Positions 26,112 to 36,626 of a DNA stretch of 64,000 bases are shown here, piece by piece. The notes under the pieces are model-generated. The model ran no database searches and was not told the origin of the DNA. It was given only the letters and a program-made list of their open reading frames with translations. This DNA comes from an uncultured Chloroflexia bacterium. Its GTDB lineage: Bacteria > Chloroflexota > Dormibacteria > Aeolococcales > Aeolococcaceae. The translations under genes and the position numbers were made by a program. Position 1 is the stretch's first letter. Each line of letters begins with the position of its first letter. The DNA lies in contig CAVOOO010000004.1 in the NCBI GenBank assembly GCA_963697585.1, forward strand, positions 861,990 through 925,989. The letters are read 5' to 3'.

Positions 26112-27265
26112 GCAACAAGGTCCGGGTCGCCATCATCGGCGTCGGCAACTGCGCCTCGTCCCTGGTCCAGGGCGTGGAGTACTACCAGCACGCGGACCCG
26201 GGCGAGCAGGTCCCCGGGCTGATGCACGTCGACCTGGGGGGCTACCACATCTCCGACATCGAGTTCTCGGCGGCCATCGACATCGACGCCGAGAAGGTGG
26301 GGAAGGACCTCTCCGAGGCGATCTTCAGCGGCCAGAACTGCACCGTGAAGTTCGCCGATGTCCCGACCAAGGGGGTCAAGGTGGTCCGGGGCATGACCCA
26401 CGACGGCCTCGGCAAGTACCTGAAGGAGGTCATCACCAAGGCGCCCGGCTCGACCGCCGACATCGTCAGCGTGCTCAAGGAGACCGGCACCGACGTGGTG
26501 GTGAACTACCTCCCGGTGGGCAGCGAGGAGGCCACCAAGTGGTACACCGAGCAGATCCTCACCGCCGGCTGCGCGATGGTCAACTGCATGCCCGTGTTCA
26601 TCGCCCGCGAGGACTACTGGCAGGACCGCTTCCGCAAGGCCGGTGTCCCCGTCATCGGTGACGACATCAAGTCCCAGGTCGGTGCCACCATCATCCATCG
26701 GGTGCTCACCCGGCTCTTCCAGGATCGCGGGGTGCGCATCGAGAACACCTACCAGCTCAACTTCGGCGGCAACACCGACTTCCTCAACATGCTGGAGCGC
26801 GAGCGCCTGGTCAGCAAGAAGATCAGCAAGACCAACAGCGTCCGCTCCCAGCTCGACCAGAAGCTGGACGACCGCAACATCCACATCGGCCCGTCCGACT
26901 ACGTGCGCTGGCTGGACGACCGCAAGTGGTGCTACATCCGGATGGAGGGGCGCTCCTTCGGCGACATCCCGATCAACGTGGAGCTCAAGCTCGAGGTGGT
27001 CGACTCGCCCAACAGCGCGGGGATCGTCATCGATGCGGTCCGCTGCTGCAAGCTGGGCCTGGACCGCGGCCTCTCGGGAACCCTCGAGGGCCCGTCGTCC
27101 TACTTCATGAAGTCGCCGCCCAAGCAGTACTCGGACAACCGGGCCCGGGAGCTCACCGAGGCCTTCATCGCCGGGACACCGCCCGCCGAGGGCAATGGGC
27201 ACGCCCAGCCCGCCGCCCGCAAGGCGGTGGTCGCCAAGCGCGCATCCGAAGCCCCCGTCTCCTGA
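26108..27265 (+). CDS. ino1: myo-inositol-1-phosphate synthase
   Basis: [23 protein letters not shown]-terminus, NGSPQNT-like [24 protein letters not shown]; 385 aa. Confidence 0.9.
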   Translation: MSNKVRVAIIGVGNCASSLVQGVEYYQHADPGEQVPGLMHVDLGGYHISDIEFSAAIDIDAEKVGKDLSEAIFSGQNCTVKFADVPTKGVKVVRGMTHDGLGKYLKEVITKAPGSTADIVSVLKETGTDVVVNYLPVGSEEATKWYTEQILTAGCAMVNCMPVFIAREDYWQDRFRKAGVPVIGDDIKSQVGATIIHRVLTRLFQDRGVRIENTYQLNFGGNTDFLNMLERERLVSKKISKTNSVRSQLDQKLDDRNIHIGPSDYVRWLDDRKWCYIRMEGRSFGDIPINVELKLEVVDSPNSAGIVIDAVRCCKLGLDRGLSGTLEGPSSYFMKSPPKQYSDNRARELTEAFIAGTPPAEGNGHAQPAARKAVVAKRASEAPVS

Positions 27266-27298
27266 TAGCCTGCACCCCGTAGCAGCAGCCCCCACGGG

Positions 27299-28309
27299 GT
27301 GGCGATGAGCAGCGCCGGCCAGCACATCGAGCGCGGTCCCGGCGGCGGTGTCCCCGCCGCCGGGGCGGACGCCGCCGCCGTTCGGGGCGATGACGGGTCG
27401 ATGGTGCCCTACTACGCGTACCGGGCGGCCGAGGCGCTGGTCCGGGTCCTGCCCCGGCGCGCCGCCTACGGGGTGGCGGTCGGCTGCGTGGAGGTGCTCC
27501 GGACGGTCCGTCCCGGAGCGGTCCGCGGCCTGCGGGCCAATCTCGCCCACGTGCTCCCCGACCTCGACCCCCGATCCCTGGACCGGGTGGTCCGCCGCAA
27601 CCTGCGCGACCTCGGGCGCGCCTGGGTCGACGTGATGGCGATGCGCTTCGAGGGCGACGACATCAGCAACGGCCTGATCGTCGACCACTTCGAGCGCTAC
27701 ACGGAGGCGGCGGCCAGCGGCCGGGGCGTCGCCGTCATCTCGCTCCACCTCGGGTCGTGGGAGAAGGGGCTCGCCGCCGGCAACAGCCTCGGGTTCCCCA
27801 TGGCACTGCTCGCCGAGTACCTCCGCCCTCCCCAGCTCTTCGAGAGGGTGGTGGGCTCCCGGCGCGCTCAGGGGGTGCGCATCGTCCCCATCGACGTCGC
27901 CGCCATCCGGGGCGCCGACGAGGTCACCGCCCGGCGCCTGGGAGCCGCCGCGATGCGCGACGTGCTCCGCATCCTCAAGGGCGGGGGTGCCATCGCCCTG
28001 GCCCTGGACCGCGACCTGATCGGCAACGGCGAGCGCTTCCCGTTCTTCGGGGCCGAGGCCCCCTTCCCGGTCGGCGTCGTCGACGCGGCCATGCGGGCGG
28101 GGTCGGTGATCCTCCCGGTCGTCCTCCCCCGGGTCCCCGGCGGTGTGGGGGCCTTCGTCCACGAGGAGATCGCCTACGACCGGAGCGCCCCCCGCCACGA
28201 GGAGCTCCGCCGGGTGACCCTCGAGATCCTGGGCATCTTCGAGGGATGGATCCGCGAGTTCCCCGAGCAGTGGCACGTTCTCGACCCCGTCTGGGGGCCG
28301 GATCGTTGA
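27299..28309 (+). CDS. lysophospholipid/PIM acyltransferase (HtrB/LpxL-PatA family)
   Basis: LPLAT-family architecture with the conserved HLGSWE (HX4E-type) motif. Sits between ino1 and a PimA-like gene, as PatA does in mycobacteria. Confidence 0.65.
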   Translation: MAMSSAGQHIERGPGGGVPAAGADAAAVRGDDGSMVPYYAYRAAEALVRVLPRRAAYGVAVGCVEVLRTVRPGAVRGLRANLAHVLPDLDPRSLDRVVRRNLRDLGRAWVDVMAMRFEGDDISNGLIVDHFERYTEAAASGRGVAVISLHLGSWEKGLAAGNSLGFPMALLAEYLRPPQLFERVVGSRRAQGVRIVPIDVAAIRGADEVTARRLGAAAMRDVLRILKGGGAIALALDRDLIGNGERFPFFGAEAPFPVGVVDAAMRAGSVILPVVLPRVPGGVGAFVHEEIAYDRSAPRHEELRRVTLEILGIFEGWIREFPEQWHVLDPVWGPDR

Positions 28310-28361
28310 ACCGCCGCGAACCGGGGGCGCGGGGAGGAGCCCGGCGCGGCCCCTCCTCACG

Positions 28362-29516
28362 GTGCCGGCGGTGAAGGTCTGCCTCGTCTCCCCGTACGAC
28401 TTCGTCCACCCGGGCGGGGTGACAGAGCACGTCCGCCACCTCGCCGAGGAGCTCCGTCGCCGAGACCACCAGGTCACCATCCTGGCACCTTCGTCCCGGG
28501 TCACCGACGACCACGGGATCCCCGGCTTCGTCCGGATCGGGCGCAGCGTCCCGGTCCGCGGCAACGGCTCCGTCGCCCGGATCGCGCTCTCCTTCCACCT
28601 GGTCCGGCGGGTGCGCAACCTCCTCGACCGCGAGGACTTCGACGTGGTCCACTACCACGAGCCGCTGGTGCCGGGCCTGCCGATCACCACCCTGCGCCTC
28701 CACCGCGGAGCCAACGTCGGCACCTTTCACGCGATGGCGCGCCGCAACCTCGGCTACTACTACGGCCGGCCCTTCCTCGGTCGCTACTTCCGGCGCCTGC
28801 ACGGGCGGATCTGCGTCAGCGAACCGGCCAGGGAGTTCATCAGCCACTACTTCCCGGGTGACTACACCATCGTCCCCAACGGCATCGACGGGCACCGCTT
28901 CCGGCCCGACCTCCCCCCGCTGCCGGAGCTGCGCGGGGAGGGGGAGGCGACCATCCTCTTCGTCGGCAGGATGGAGCAGCGCAAGGGTCTTCCCATCCTG
29001 CTGGAGGCGTACGCGCAGCTGCGCCGGCAGGGGGCCGGCTGCCGCCTGGTGATCGTCGGCGACGGCCCGATGCGCTGGGCATACGAGCGCCAATGTGAGG
29101 CGACCGGGGTTCGCGACGTCACCTTCCTCGGCCACGTCACGGCCGACATCCTTCCCCGCATCTACGCGAGCGCCGACGTCTTCTGCTCGCCGGCCACCGG
29201 CAGGGAGAGCTTCGGCATCGTCCTGCTGGAGGCGATGGCCAGCGGGTTGCCGGTGGTGGCGTCGGCGATCCCCGGCTTCAGCCAGGTCGTCGAGCCCGGC
29301 GCCGACGGGCTGCTGGTGCCCCCGGGCCGTCCCGACGCCTTCGCCCGCGCGCTCGGCTCGCTGGTCGCCGACCCCGGGCTCCGGCACAGCCTGGGGCGTC
29401 GCGGCAGCGAGAAGGCCAAGCGCTACGACTGGAGGGTCGTCGTGGACGGCATCCTCGACGTCTACGCGCAGGCGCGCCAGCTCGCCGCCGCCGGCGTGGC
29501 GGCGGAGACGCGCTGA
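28362..29516 (+). CDS. GT4 glycosyltransferase, PimA-like (phosphatidylinositol alpha-mannosyltransferase)
   Basis: GT-B fold with an EX7E-like C-terminal region (ESFGIVLLEAMASGLPVVAS); PimA-like N-terminus CLVSPYDFVHPGGV. Confidence 0.8.
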   Translation: MPAVKVCLVSPYDFVHPGGVTEHVRHLAEELRRRDHQVTILAPSSRVTDDHGIPGFVRIGRSVPVRGNGSVARIALSFHLVRRVRNLLDREDFDVVHYHEPLVPGLPITTLRLHRGANVGTFHAMARRNLGYYYGRPFLGRYFRRLHGRICVSEPAREFISHYFPGDYTIVPNGIDGHRFRPDLPPLPELRGEGEATILFVGRMEQRKGLPILLEAYAQLRRQGAGCRLVIVGDGPMRWAYERQCEATGVRDVTFLGHVTADILPRIYASADVFCSPATGRESFGIVLLEAMASGLPVVASAIPGFSQVVEPGADGLLVPPGRPDAFARALGSLVADPGLRHSLGRRGSEKAKRYDWRVVVDGILDVYAQARQLAAAGVAAETR

Positions 29517-29528
29517 GGCGCGGTCGCG

Positions 29529-30131
29529 ATGTTCACGCAGCGATTCCAGGAGTGGGTGCGGGCCGGAGCGCGCCGGCTGGTGACCGCCATCCACCTGCGC
29601 GGGATCACCCCCAACGCCCTGACCCTGATCGGGTTCGGGATCACCGCCTGCGCGGCGGTTCTGATCGGCCTCGGCTGGCTGATCCCCGGGGGCCTGGTGC
29701 TGCTCTTCGCCGGGCTCTTCGACATCCTGGACGGAGCCGTGGCCCGGGTCACCGGCCGGGTGCACCGCTACGGGGCCTTCCTGGACTCGACCATCGACCG
29801 CTACGCCGAGATCGTCACCTACGCCGCCCTCCTCTATCACTTCGTCTCCCGGAGCGGCGGCCAGCTCCCGGCGATGCTGGTCATCGTCGCCATGGGCGGC
29901 TCCCTGCTCGTCTCCTACGTGCGCGCGCGCGCCCAGTCGCTCGGGTTCACCTGCGACGGGGGCCTGCTCGCCCGTCCCGAGCGGGTGGTGATCACGGTCG
30001 CCGGGCTGGTGGTGCCGCCACTGCTCATCCCCGCCCTCTGGGTGCTCGCGGTGCTGACCAATCTCACCGCCCTGCAGCGCATCTGGCTGGTGTGGCGGGA
30101 GGCACGGGGCGTGGCGCCGGCTGACTCCTGA
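29529..30131 (+). CDS. CDP-alcohol phosphatidyltransferase (PgsA1-like phosphatidylinositol-phosphate synthase)
   Basis: Signature DILDGAVARVTGRVHRYGAFLDSTIDR (D-G-x-AR...G...D-x3-D), 200 aa, multi-TM. Confidence 0.8.
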   Translation: MFTQRFQEWVRAGARRLVTAIHLRGITPNALTLIGFGITACAAVLIGLGWLIPGGLVLLFAGLFDILDGAVARVTGRVHRYGAFLDSTIDRYAEIVTYAALLYHFVSRSGGQLPAMLVIVAMGGSLLVSYVRARAQSLGFTCDGGLLARPERVVITVAGLVVPPLLIPALWVLAVLTNLTALQRIWLVWREARGVAPADS

Positions 30132-30221
30132 CCGCGGCCGTCTCGCGACGCGGCCCCCCGGCGGCGTGGCCGGCGGAGAGGAAGGCCACTTCCGGGCCAG
30201 TGCACTAGACTGCCTCGCGCG

Positions 30222-31937
30222 GTGACTGACGCCACCCCCGCCCCGCCCCGCCGGCCCAATCCCCTGGCCCTCGTCCCGGGACTGGCCGGAACCACCCGGG
30301 CGACCATCGTCGCCGACGTGATCGCGGGGGCGACGCTCGCCGCGGTGGCCATCCCCGAGTCGATGGGCTACACCAAGATCGCCGGGATGCCCGTGATCAC
30401 CGGGATCTACACCCTCGCACTCCCGGTCATCGTCTTCGCCCTGATCGGATCCTCGCGCCATCTGGTGGTGGGGGCCAACTCGGCCACCGCCGCGATCATG
30501 TTCGCGGCCCTGATCGGCATCGCCAAGCCGGCCAGCCCCGAGTACGTCGGCCTCGCCGGGGTGATCGCGCTGCTGGCGGCCGGCTACCTACTGGTGGCCC
30601 GGGTGCTCCGGCTGGGCTTCCTCGCCGACTTCCTCTCCCGCACCGCCCTGGTCGGTTTCCTGAGCGGCGTCGGCGTTCAGGTGGCGCTCACCCAGCTCCC
30701 GAGCATGCTCGGCATCCACGCCAGCGGCAGCGTGGTCAACCAGATGGGGAAGGTGCTGACCTCCCTCGGCCACATCGTGGTCCCGGCAGCCGTGCTGGCC
30801 ATCCTGGCGGTCGCCGTCATCCTTCTCTTCGAGCGGCTGTCGAAGCGGATTCCCGCCACCCTGGTGGTGGTCGCCGTCTCGATCATCGCCGCCGCCGCCC
30901 TGCGGCTCGACCGCCACGGTGTCGCCATCGTCGGGTCGGTGCCGCCCGGGCTCCCGCCCATCGGGCTCCCCCACGTCACCTGGGGCCAGGTCCCCGGGCT
31001 GGCCGGGGTCGCGGCCTCGATCTTCGTGGTCATCCTGGCCCAGAGCGCGGCCACCGCGCGCAGCTTCTCGCAGAAGCGCGAGGAACCCCTCTCCGAGAAC
31101 CGTGACCTGGTCGGCCTGGCCGTCGCCAACCTGGCGGCGGGCGTCACCGGCGCCTTCTGTGTGAACGGCAGCCCGACCAAGACCGCCGTGGTGGACGCCG
31201 CCGGGGCGCGGACCCAGCTCGCCCAGCTGGTGATGGCGGTGATCGCCGTGGTGGTGCTGGTGGCCGCGACCGCACTGCTCCACTTCCTGCCCGACGCGAC
31301 CCTCGCGGCCGTCGTCTTCGTCATCGGCATCCGGCTCGTCGACCTCGGGCACCTGCGCGAGCTCTGGCGGCTCCGCCGCGACGAGCTCGGCCTCGCCGCC
31401 ATCACGGCGCTGGTCGTGGTCCTGATCGGGGTCGAGCAGGGGATCGCGCTCGCCGTCGCCCTCTCGGTGCTCGACTTCGTGCGTCACGCCTACCGTCCCC
31501 GGGACACGGTGATGGTGCCGCTCGCGGGAGCTCCGGACAGCCTCGTCCCCGAGGCCGCCCGTCCCGGGGCCGAGACCCTCCCCGGGGGCATCGCCTACCG
31601 CTTCGACGGCACCATCTTCTTCGCCAACGCCGACCGCTTCCGGCAGCGGGTGCTGGACCTGGTGGCCGCCGCCCCGCACCCCGTGACCTGGGTCGTGCTC
31701 GACCTCTCGCCGGTCTCGGACATCGACTACACCGCCGGACAGGTGCTGCTCACCCTGCTGCGTGACCTCCGGAAGCGCTCGGTGAGCATCCACCTGGCCC
31801 ACGTGGAGGACATCCACGATCTCCTCCAGCGCTACGGGGTGCTGGCCGTGGTCGGGATCGACCATGTCCACCACGGTGTCCGCGAAGCCGTGGCGGCCGC
31901 CGCCGGCACCGCTCCGGGAACTCCGGCCGCGACCTGA
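30222..31937 (+). CDS. SulP-family anion (sulfate) permease with C-terminal STAS domain
   Basis: 571 aa. SulP TM core (AIPESMGYTKIAG, PVITGIYT), then a STAS domain (YRFDGTIFFANADRF...VVLDLSPVSDIDYTA). Confidence 0.85.
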   Translation: MTDATPAPPRRPNPLALVPGLAGTTRATIVADVIAGATLAAVAIPESMGYTKIAGMPVITGIYTLALPVIVFALIGSSRHLVVGANSATAAIMFAALIGIAKPASPEYVGLAGVIALLAAGYLLVARVLRLGFLADFLSRTALVGFLSGVGVQVALTQLPSMLGIHASGSVVNQMGKVLTSLGHIVVPAAVLAILAVAVILLFERLSKRIPATLVVVAVSIIAAAALRLDRHGVAIVGSVPPGLPPIGLPHVTWGQVPGLAGVAASIFVVILAQSAATARSFSQKREEPLSENRDLVGLAVANLAAGVTGAFCVNGSPTKTAVVDAAGARTQLAQLVMAVIAVVVLVAATALLHFLPDATLAAVVFVIGIRLVDLGHLRELWRLRRDELGLAAITALVVVLIGVEQGIALAVALSVLDFVRHAYRPRDTVMVPLAGAPDSLVPEAARPGAETLPGGIAYRFDGTIFFANADRFRQRVLDLVAAAPHPVTWVVLDLSPVSDIDYTAGQVLLTLLRDLRKRSVSIHLAHVEDIHDLLQRYGVLAVVGIDHVHHGVREAVAAAAGTAPGTPAAT

Positions 31938-32019
31938 GCCAGGCGCCGCCCGGGTCTGGAACGGGGTGAGGCGCAGCCGGCCGGTGGGCGGGGATGGGAG
32001 TGGCGTCCAGCGCACCGGC

Positions 32020-32844
32020 TCAGAGGATCTGGAGCGCCTCCACGAGGTTGAAGATCCCGTGGACGACCGCCCCCGGGAGCAGTGAGCCGGAGTACTCGTA
32101 GAGGAGGGCGAGGGCGGTTCCGAGCAGGGCCAGCGGGAGGAAGAGGATCTCCTCGCTCTTCACCCCCCAGCTGACGTGGGCGGCGGCGAAGAAGCAGCCG
32201 GAGAGGATCGCCGCCGCCGGCACGTTGAGCCGCCGGCGCATCCAGCCGTAGATGAAGCCGCGGAAGAAGGTCTCCTCGGCGAGCGGTGCCACCACCGCAA
32301 ACAGGACCAGGGCGATCACGACCTCGTGGCCGTACTCGCTCTGCACGGTCGCGATCTGGGCGTTCTTGACGTGGACGAGGCCGGCCTCGACGTTCAGCAG
32401 CCAGGTCAGCGCGACCAGCGCGACGCCGCTCACCACCACCGCGACCGGAAGCCAGCGGAGCCGCGGCATCCGCCACCCGAGGTCCGCCAGCCGGGCGCGG
32501 CGCCGGCCGGCCGCGAAGCCGGCGACGATGATCATCGCCAGTGCGTAGACGGCGGTCTGCTCGACGAAGTTCCCGAGCGCGTTCTGCTGCTGGGGGCTCA
32601 GACCGCCGACCAGGCCGCGCCCGAAACGCTGGACGCCGGAGTTGAGAAGGATCCCCGACAGCACCGTGAGGCCGAGGAAGAAGAGGGCGAAGAAGAGGGC
32701 GACGTCGGTCCAGTCCCAGGGCACCACCCGGGGACCGGGACCACGCCGCGCCCGGCCGGGAGGCGGTCCGGCGGGGGCGTTCCGGTGGATCGATCCCTGG
32801 GGCATCGGGGTCATTGTGGCCGGACCCCGGGGGCTCGGGCTCAC
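32020..32844 (-). CDS. CPBP-family intramembrane glutamic endopeptidase (CAAX protease self-immunity family)
   Basis: EETFFRG motif 1, FAAAH motif and HGIFN motif; multi-TM. Confidence 0.75.
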   Translation of the reverse strand: MSPSPRGPATMTPMPQGSIHRNAPAGPPPGRARRGPGPRVVPWDWTDVALFFALFFLGLTVLSGILLNSGVQRFGRGLVGGLSPQQQNALGNFVEQTAVYALAMIIVAGFAAGRRRARLADLGWRMPRLRWLPVAVVVSGVALVALTWLLNVEAGLVHVKNAQIATVQSEYGHEVVIALVLFAVVAPLAEETFFRGFIYGWMRRRLNVPAAAILSGCFFAAAHVSWGVKSEEILFLPLALLGTALALLYEYSGSLLPGAVVHGIFNLVEALQIL

Positions 32845-32895
32845 CGCCGCTCATGCCGGACGAGATGCCGGGGGCGCGGCGGGTACACTGCCCGG

Positions 32896-33897
32896 GTGGC
32901 GCTTGGCGACCTCCTCGGCAATCCCGCCGCCGTCGCCTGGCTCGGCAGCGCCCTCGGGAGCGGGCAGCTCGGTCACGCGCTCCTCGTCACCGGGCCCGAC
33001 CAGGTCGGCAAGACCACCCTGATGCTGAACCTCGCCGCCGAGCTGCTGCCCTCGGGCACCTGGCCCGGTGACCCCACCAGCCACCCCGATCTCTGGCTCG
33101 AGGACCAGCCCGACGAGCGCATCTCGATCCGGCGGGTGCGGGCGGGTGGGGACCCGGGGAGCCTGCAGGAGTTCCTCAGCCTGCGCCCGTATGCGGGCGG
33201 AGCTCGGGTGGCCGTGCTGGCCCGGGCGGAGCGGTTGACCGAGGAGGCGGCCAACTCACTCCTCAAGACGATCGAGGAGCCGCCGCCCCGCACCCACCTC
33301 CTGCTCACCGCCCACACGCCCGAGCGCCTGCCCGAGACGATCGTCTCCCGCTGCGCGCGGCTGAGCCTCGGGCTGGTCGAGCGTGATCCCATCGAGGCCT
33401 GGCTTCGTGACCGCCACGGCGTCGAGGCGGCGACCGCAGAGCTCGCCGCGGACCTGGGGGCGGGCCGTCCGGGCCGGGCGCTGCGCCTGGCTCGCGACCC
33501 CGAGGCTCTCAGTCGCGAGCTGGCGGTCCTCGACCGCTTTCTCGCCATCGGCGGCGGTGGCGTCCCGGCCGCCCTGGAGGCGGCGGCCGAGCTCACCCCT
33601 CCGGCCGGGGTCGAGGGTCGGGAGCGGCTCCTGGTGGACCTCGCGATCTGGGCGGCCTTCGTCCGCGACACGGCGGTCCGGGCGGCGGGGGCGCCCGAGC
33701 TCGCGCGCCTGCGCAGCCGGAGCCGGGAGGCGGAGGTTTGGGCGAGAGCGCTCTCGCCGGCGGACACCGGCCGGATCCTGGACGCCCTGCTGCGGGCCGG
33801 CGCTGAGGTCGCCACCTACGCTCAGCCACGGCTGCTGCTGGAGGCACTCTTCCTGGCCACGTTCGGGGGGGCCGCGGCCCCACCCGCGGTCGGCTGA
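32896..33897 (+). CDS. holB: DNA polymerase III delta-prime subunit
   Basis: Readable part of ORF 32176..33897. The GTG at 32896 is the proposed start, since the ORF must begin after the divergent CPBP start. Walker-A-like GPDQVGKTT, RLTEEAANSLLKTIEEPP, TIVSRC sensor motif. Confidence 0.7.
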   Translation: MALGDLLGNPAAVAWLGSALGSGQLGHALLVTGPDQVGKTTLMLNLAAELLPSGTWPGDPTSHPDLWLEDQPDERISIRRVRAGGDPGSLQEFLSLRPYAGGARVAVLARAERLTEEAANSLLKTIEEPPPRTHLLLTAHTPERLPETIVSRCARLSLGLVERDPIEAWLRDRHGVEAATAELAADLGAGRPGRALRLARDPEALSRELAVLDRFLAIGGGGVPAALEAAAELTPPAGVEGRERLLVDLAIWAAFVRDTAVRAAGAPELARLRSRSREAEVWARALSPADTGRILDALLRAGAEVATYAQPRLLLEALFLATFGGAAAPPAVG

Positions 33898-33989
33898 TCG
33901 GCCGCGGGCCGCTTCGCGGCGGGTTCTCGCGCGCCCCCGGGACCGCCGGGCGGAGCTTCCGCCCGGGCCCGGCACGTGGCGCCGACCGA

Positions 33990-34018
33990 TTGACAGCCCG
34001 GGTCGGTGCGGTTAGAGT
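33990..34018 (+). promoter_or_regulatory. near-consensus sigma70/HrdB-type promoter TTGACA-N17-TAGAGT
   Basis: TTGACA at 33990-33995, 17-nt spacer, TAGAGT at 34013-34018. It lies about 340 nt upstream of the MCP start and faces it. Confidence 0.5.
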
Positions 34019-34019
34019 G

Positions 34020-34033
34020 TGGAAACGCTCTCA
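34020..34033 (+). promoter_or_regulatory. LacI/GalR-family operator-like palindrome TGGAAACGCTCTCA immediately downstream of the -10
   Basis: Fits TGnnAnCGnTnnCA. The same -10 + operator arrangement (TAGAGTGTGG..CGCTC.CA) occurs at 36651-36671 in front of the LacI gene. Confidence 0.5.
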
Positions 34034-34359
34034 CCAGAATGGGCTCGGAGCTCGGGCCCGGACGGCGGAGATCGATGCCTGATTCCCAGCCGGGGAGGGC
34101 TGAGCGACAGACCAGCCCTCGTCGCAAAGCCCTCCCACCGGCGGGCCCTCGGGGTGCATCCGCCCCTGTGACGCGCCGGTGGCGAACCTGTCGCGGGCGG
34201 CATCCGGCTCGTCACAGACACGCCACTCCCGTCAATCCCCGTCACTCACCTTCGGCATGGTGCAGCGGCGCTGTCACCGGGGCGGCGAGATGATGCGCCG
34301 GTCAGAGCTCGGCCGTCCCGGAGCCGGCCTGACCTCAGCCGGGGTGCGGATGCGGCGAT

Positions 34360-36474
34360 GTGGACATGCTGAAGGGCGCAACCTCGCGCCTCGACCGCCT
34401 GCGCGGCAGCTACTTCATCCGCTTCGCCTCCGGGGTCCTCGCGATCTCGGTCGTGGTGATGGGCTCGATGATCTTCGTGCTCGCCAACATCGCCGAGGGC
34501 AGCCTCACCACCTCCACCTCCGACGGGGTCCAGAGCGTGGCCCAGGAGGTGTCGAGCAAGGTCGACTCGTGGGTGGAGGACCGCGAGCGTGAGCTGACCC
34601 AGCTGGCCACCATCATCAACACGGCCGGCCCGGTCAACGCCCCCGACGCCATCGGGCTGATCGACAAGGCGACCGTCAACGACCCCTTCTCCGAGCTGGA
34701 GCTGGTCAACTCGACGGGCACCCCGATCGCGGCGACCGGCAGCGCCGGCGAGGTCTCCCTGGTCGGGCAGGCCTGGGTCCAGGGCGTCTTCCAGGGCGCC
34801 CAGCCCTACGCGGGCAACGTGACCCTGAACTCGACCGGCAATGACCTCCAGTGGCTGATGGCGGCACCGGCGGCCACCAACAACCTGGAGTTCAGCGGTC
34901 TCCTCATCGGCGTGATCGGGCTCGAGCCGTGGAGCGGAGGGGGTGGGGGCAGCAACCAGCTCGCCGGCCTCCTCTCCGGCGTCACCGGCGCCGGCGGCGC
35001 GTCGGTCTCGGTGACCGCCGTCAACTCCTCCCACCGCCTCCTCTATACGACCACCATGGGCAGCGCCGCCTCGCTGACCTCGGCGCAGATGCTGGCCCGC
35101 GGCGCCCTCCGGACCCAGGTCGACAACGCCGCGATCACGGCGGCGTTCTCCGGGGCCGGGCGTTCCGGCTCCTCACGCCTCACCGTCAACGGGACCGACA
35201 CCATCACCGGGTACGCCCAGGCCTCGGACGTCCAGTGGGCGATCCTGGTCAGCGAGCCAGCCAGCCAGGCGCTCAGCGGGGTCACCGACCTGCGCAACTC
35301 GGGCTTCATCCTCCTCGGGATCGGCCTGGTGCTGGCGACGCTGTTCGCCTTCGTGATGGCCCAGCTCTCGGTTCGCCCCCTCCGGGCCCTCTCGCGCGCC
35401 GCCCGCCGGGTTTCCGCCGGCGATCTCAGCGCGCGGGTCACGCCCTCGGGAGCGATCGAGGTGGCCACCCTGGGGGAGGCGTTCAACGGCATGGTCGCCC
35501 GTCTCGAGGCCCTGATCGGGAGGGTCCAGGGCACCAGCACCGACCTCTCCGATTCGGCCATCCGACTGGCGGTGGCATCCAACCAGCTGGCGGCAACCAC
35601 CGCCCGGCAGAGCTCGAGCGCCACCGAGACCTCGGCCAGCATGGAGGAGCTGGCGCGCACCTCCGGGCAGATCGCGGAGACGGTCGAGCGGGTCGCCACC
35701 CAGGCCGCCGAGACCAGGGACAAGCTGGAGCGCGCCCGCGAGGACATCCTCGCCTCCACGGAGCGGACGCTCAGCCTCACCGACCGGGTCCGCGACATCA
35801 CCCGGATCCTCTCGATGATCAACGACCTGGCCGATCAGACCAACCTGCTCGCCCTCAACGCCGCCATCGAGGCGGCCCGCGCCGGCGAGGCGGGCCGCGG
35901 CTTCGCGGTGGTCGCCGACGAGGTGAGGCGGCTCGCCGACCGGTCCAAGACGCTGGCGGCCGACATCGCCCAGATCACCGCCAACGTCCAGGTCGAGACC
36001 AACGCCACGGTGCTCGCCATGGACAAGGGGGCTGAGCAGCTCAAGGACGGCCTCGGCCTGATGGAGCACGTCGCCGAGGCCAGCTCGGGGATCCGGCTCG
36101 CCACCCAGCAGCAGCAGTCCGCCACCGAACAGGTGGTGGAGGCCATGGAGCAGGTTCGGATCGCCAGCCAGCAGGTGTCGACCACCGCCCAGGAGCTGGC
36201 GGTGGCGTCGGGAACCCAGGCGACCATGGCGGGGGACCTCAAGGAGGTCTCGACCGTCGTGGTCACGATCCCGGTCGCCACGGGCCGGCGGGGCCGGATG
36301 CTCCGGCCCCCCGCCGGGGATGAGCCGGCCACCTCGAAAAAGCGCGGTCGCGCTTCCACGACACCCCCGCCGCCGCGCCCCCTGGGGCTCGTCCCGGCCG
36401 GCTCCGGCGGTGCCGTCCCGCCGCCCGCACCGCCGCCCCCACCGGCCCCTCCGCGACCCGACCGGTCGGCCTGA
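34360..36474 (+). CDS. methyl-accepting chemotaxis protein with a large periplasmic (Cache-like) sensor domain, HAMP and a Pro-rich C-terminal tail
   Basis: GTG at 34360 (or ATG at 34366). TM1 at residues 18-45, a periplasmic domain of about 280 aa, TM2, HAMP, and an MCP tip nearly identical to the 8000..9265 paralog. The C-terminus is [17 protein letters not shown]. Confidence 0.8.
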   Translation: MDMLKGATSRLDRLRGSYFIRFASGVLAISVVVMGSMIFVLANIAEGSLTTSTSDGVQSVAQEVSSKVDSWVEDRERELTQLATIINTAGPVNAPDAIGLIDKATVNDPFSELELVNSTGTPIAATGSAGEVSLVGQAWVQGVFQGAQPYAGNVTLNSTGNDLQWLMAAPAATNNLEFSGLLIGVIGLEPWSGGGGGSNQLAGLLSGVTGAGGASVSVTAVNSSHRLLYTTTMGSAASLTSAQMLARGALRTQVDNAAITAAFSGAGRSGSSRLTVNGTDTITGYAQASDVQWAILVSEPASQALSGVTDLRNSGFILLGIGLVLATLFAFVMAQLSVRPLRALSRAARRVSAGDLSARVTPSGAIEVATLGEAFNGMVARLEALIGRVQGTSTDLSDSAIRLAVASNQLAATTARQSSSATETSASMEELARTSGQIAETVERVATQAAETRDKLERAREDILASTERTLSLTDRVRDITRILSMINDLADQTNLLALNAAIEAARAGEAGRGFAVVADEVRRLADRSKTLAADIAQITANVQVETNATVLAMDKGAEQLKDGLGLMEHVAEASSGIRLATQQQQSATEQVVEAMEQVRIASQQVSTTAQELAVASGTQATMAGDLKEVSTVVVTIPVATGRRGRMLRPPAGDEPATSKKRGRASTTPPPPRPLGLVPAGSGGAVPPPAPPPPPAPPRPDRSA

Positions 36475-36581
36475 CAACGCGCCGGCCGGGGCGGCCGTGG
36501 CCCTCCGTCGAGATCGAAACCGATCCTTCGATGGGCGTGATCAGCGTTTCTGGCGCTCTTGAACCTTTCTCCCGCCGGGTA

Positions 36582-36626
36582 TCACCCGGTGGGGTGAGTG
36601 CCGTCACCAATCACCCGTTGGGGTGA
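36582..36626 (+). promoter_or_regulatory. two tandem 16-bp palindromes TCACCCnnnnGGGTGA (36582-36597, 36611-36626) abutting the -35 of the LacI promoter
   Basis: tcacccggtggggtga and tcacccgttggggtga, read directly. Each is a perfect 6-bp inverted repeat with a 4-bp spacer. Confidence 0.5.

Noticed and set aside
25688-30461. 976-aa and 828-aa minus-strand ORFs (25688..28618, 27975..30461)
   Set aside because: Antisense shadows of ino1 and the PIM genes, with the same compositional artefact.
34006-34293. 95-aa Arg-rich ORF inside the MCP2 leader
   Set aside because: 30% Arg and Pro, no motifs. More likely untranslated leader sequence downstream of the 33990 promoter.
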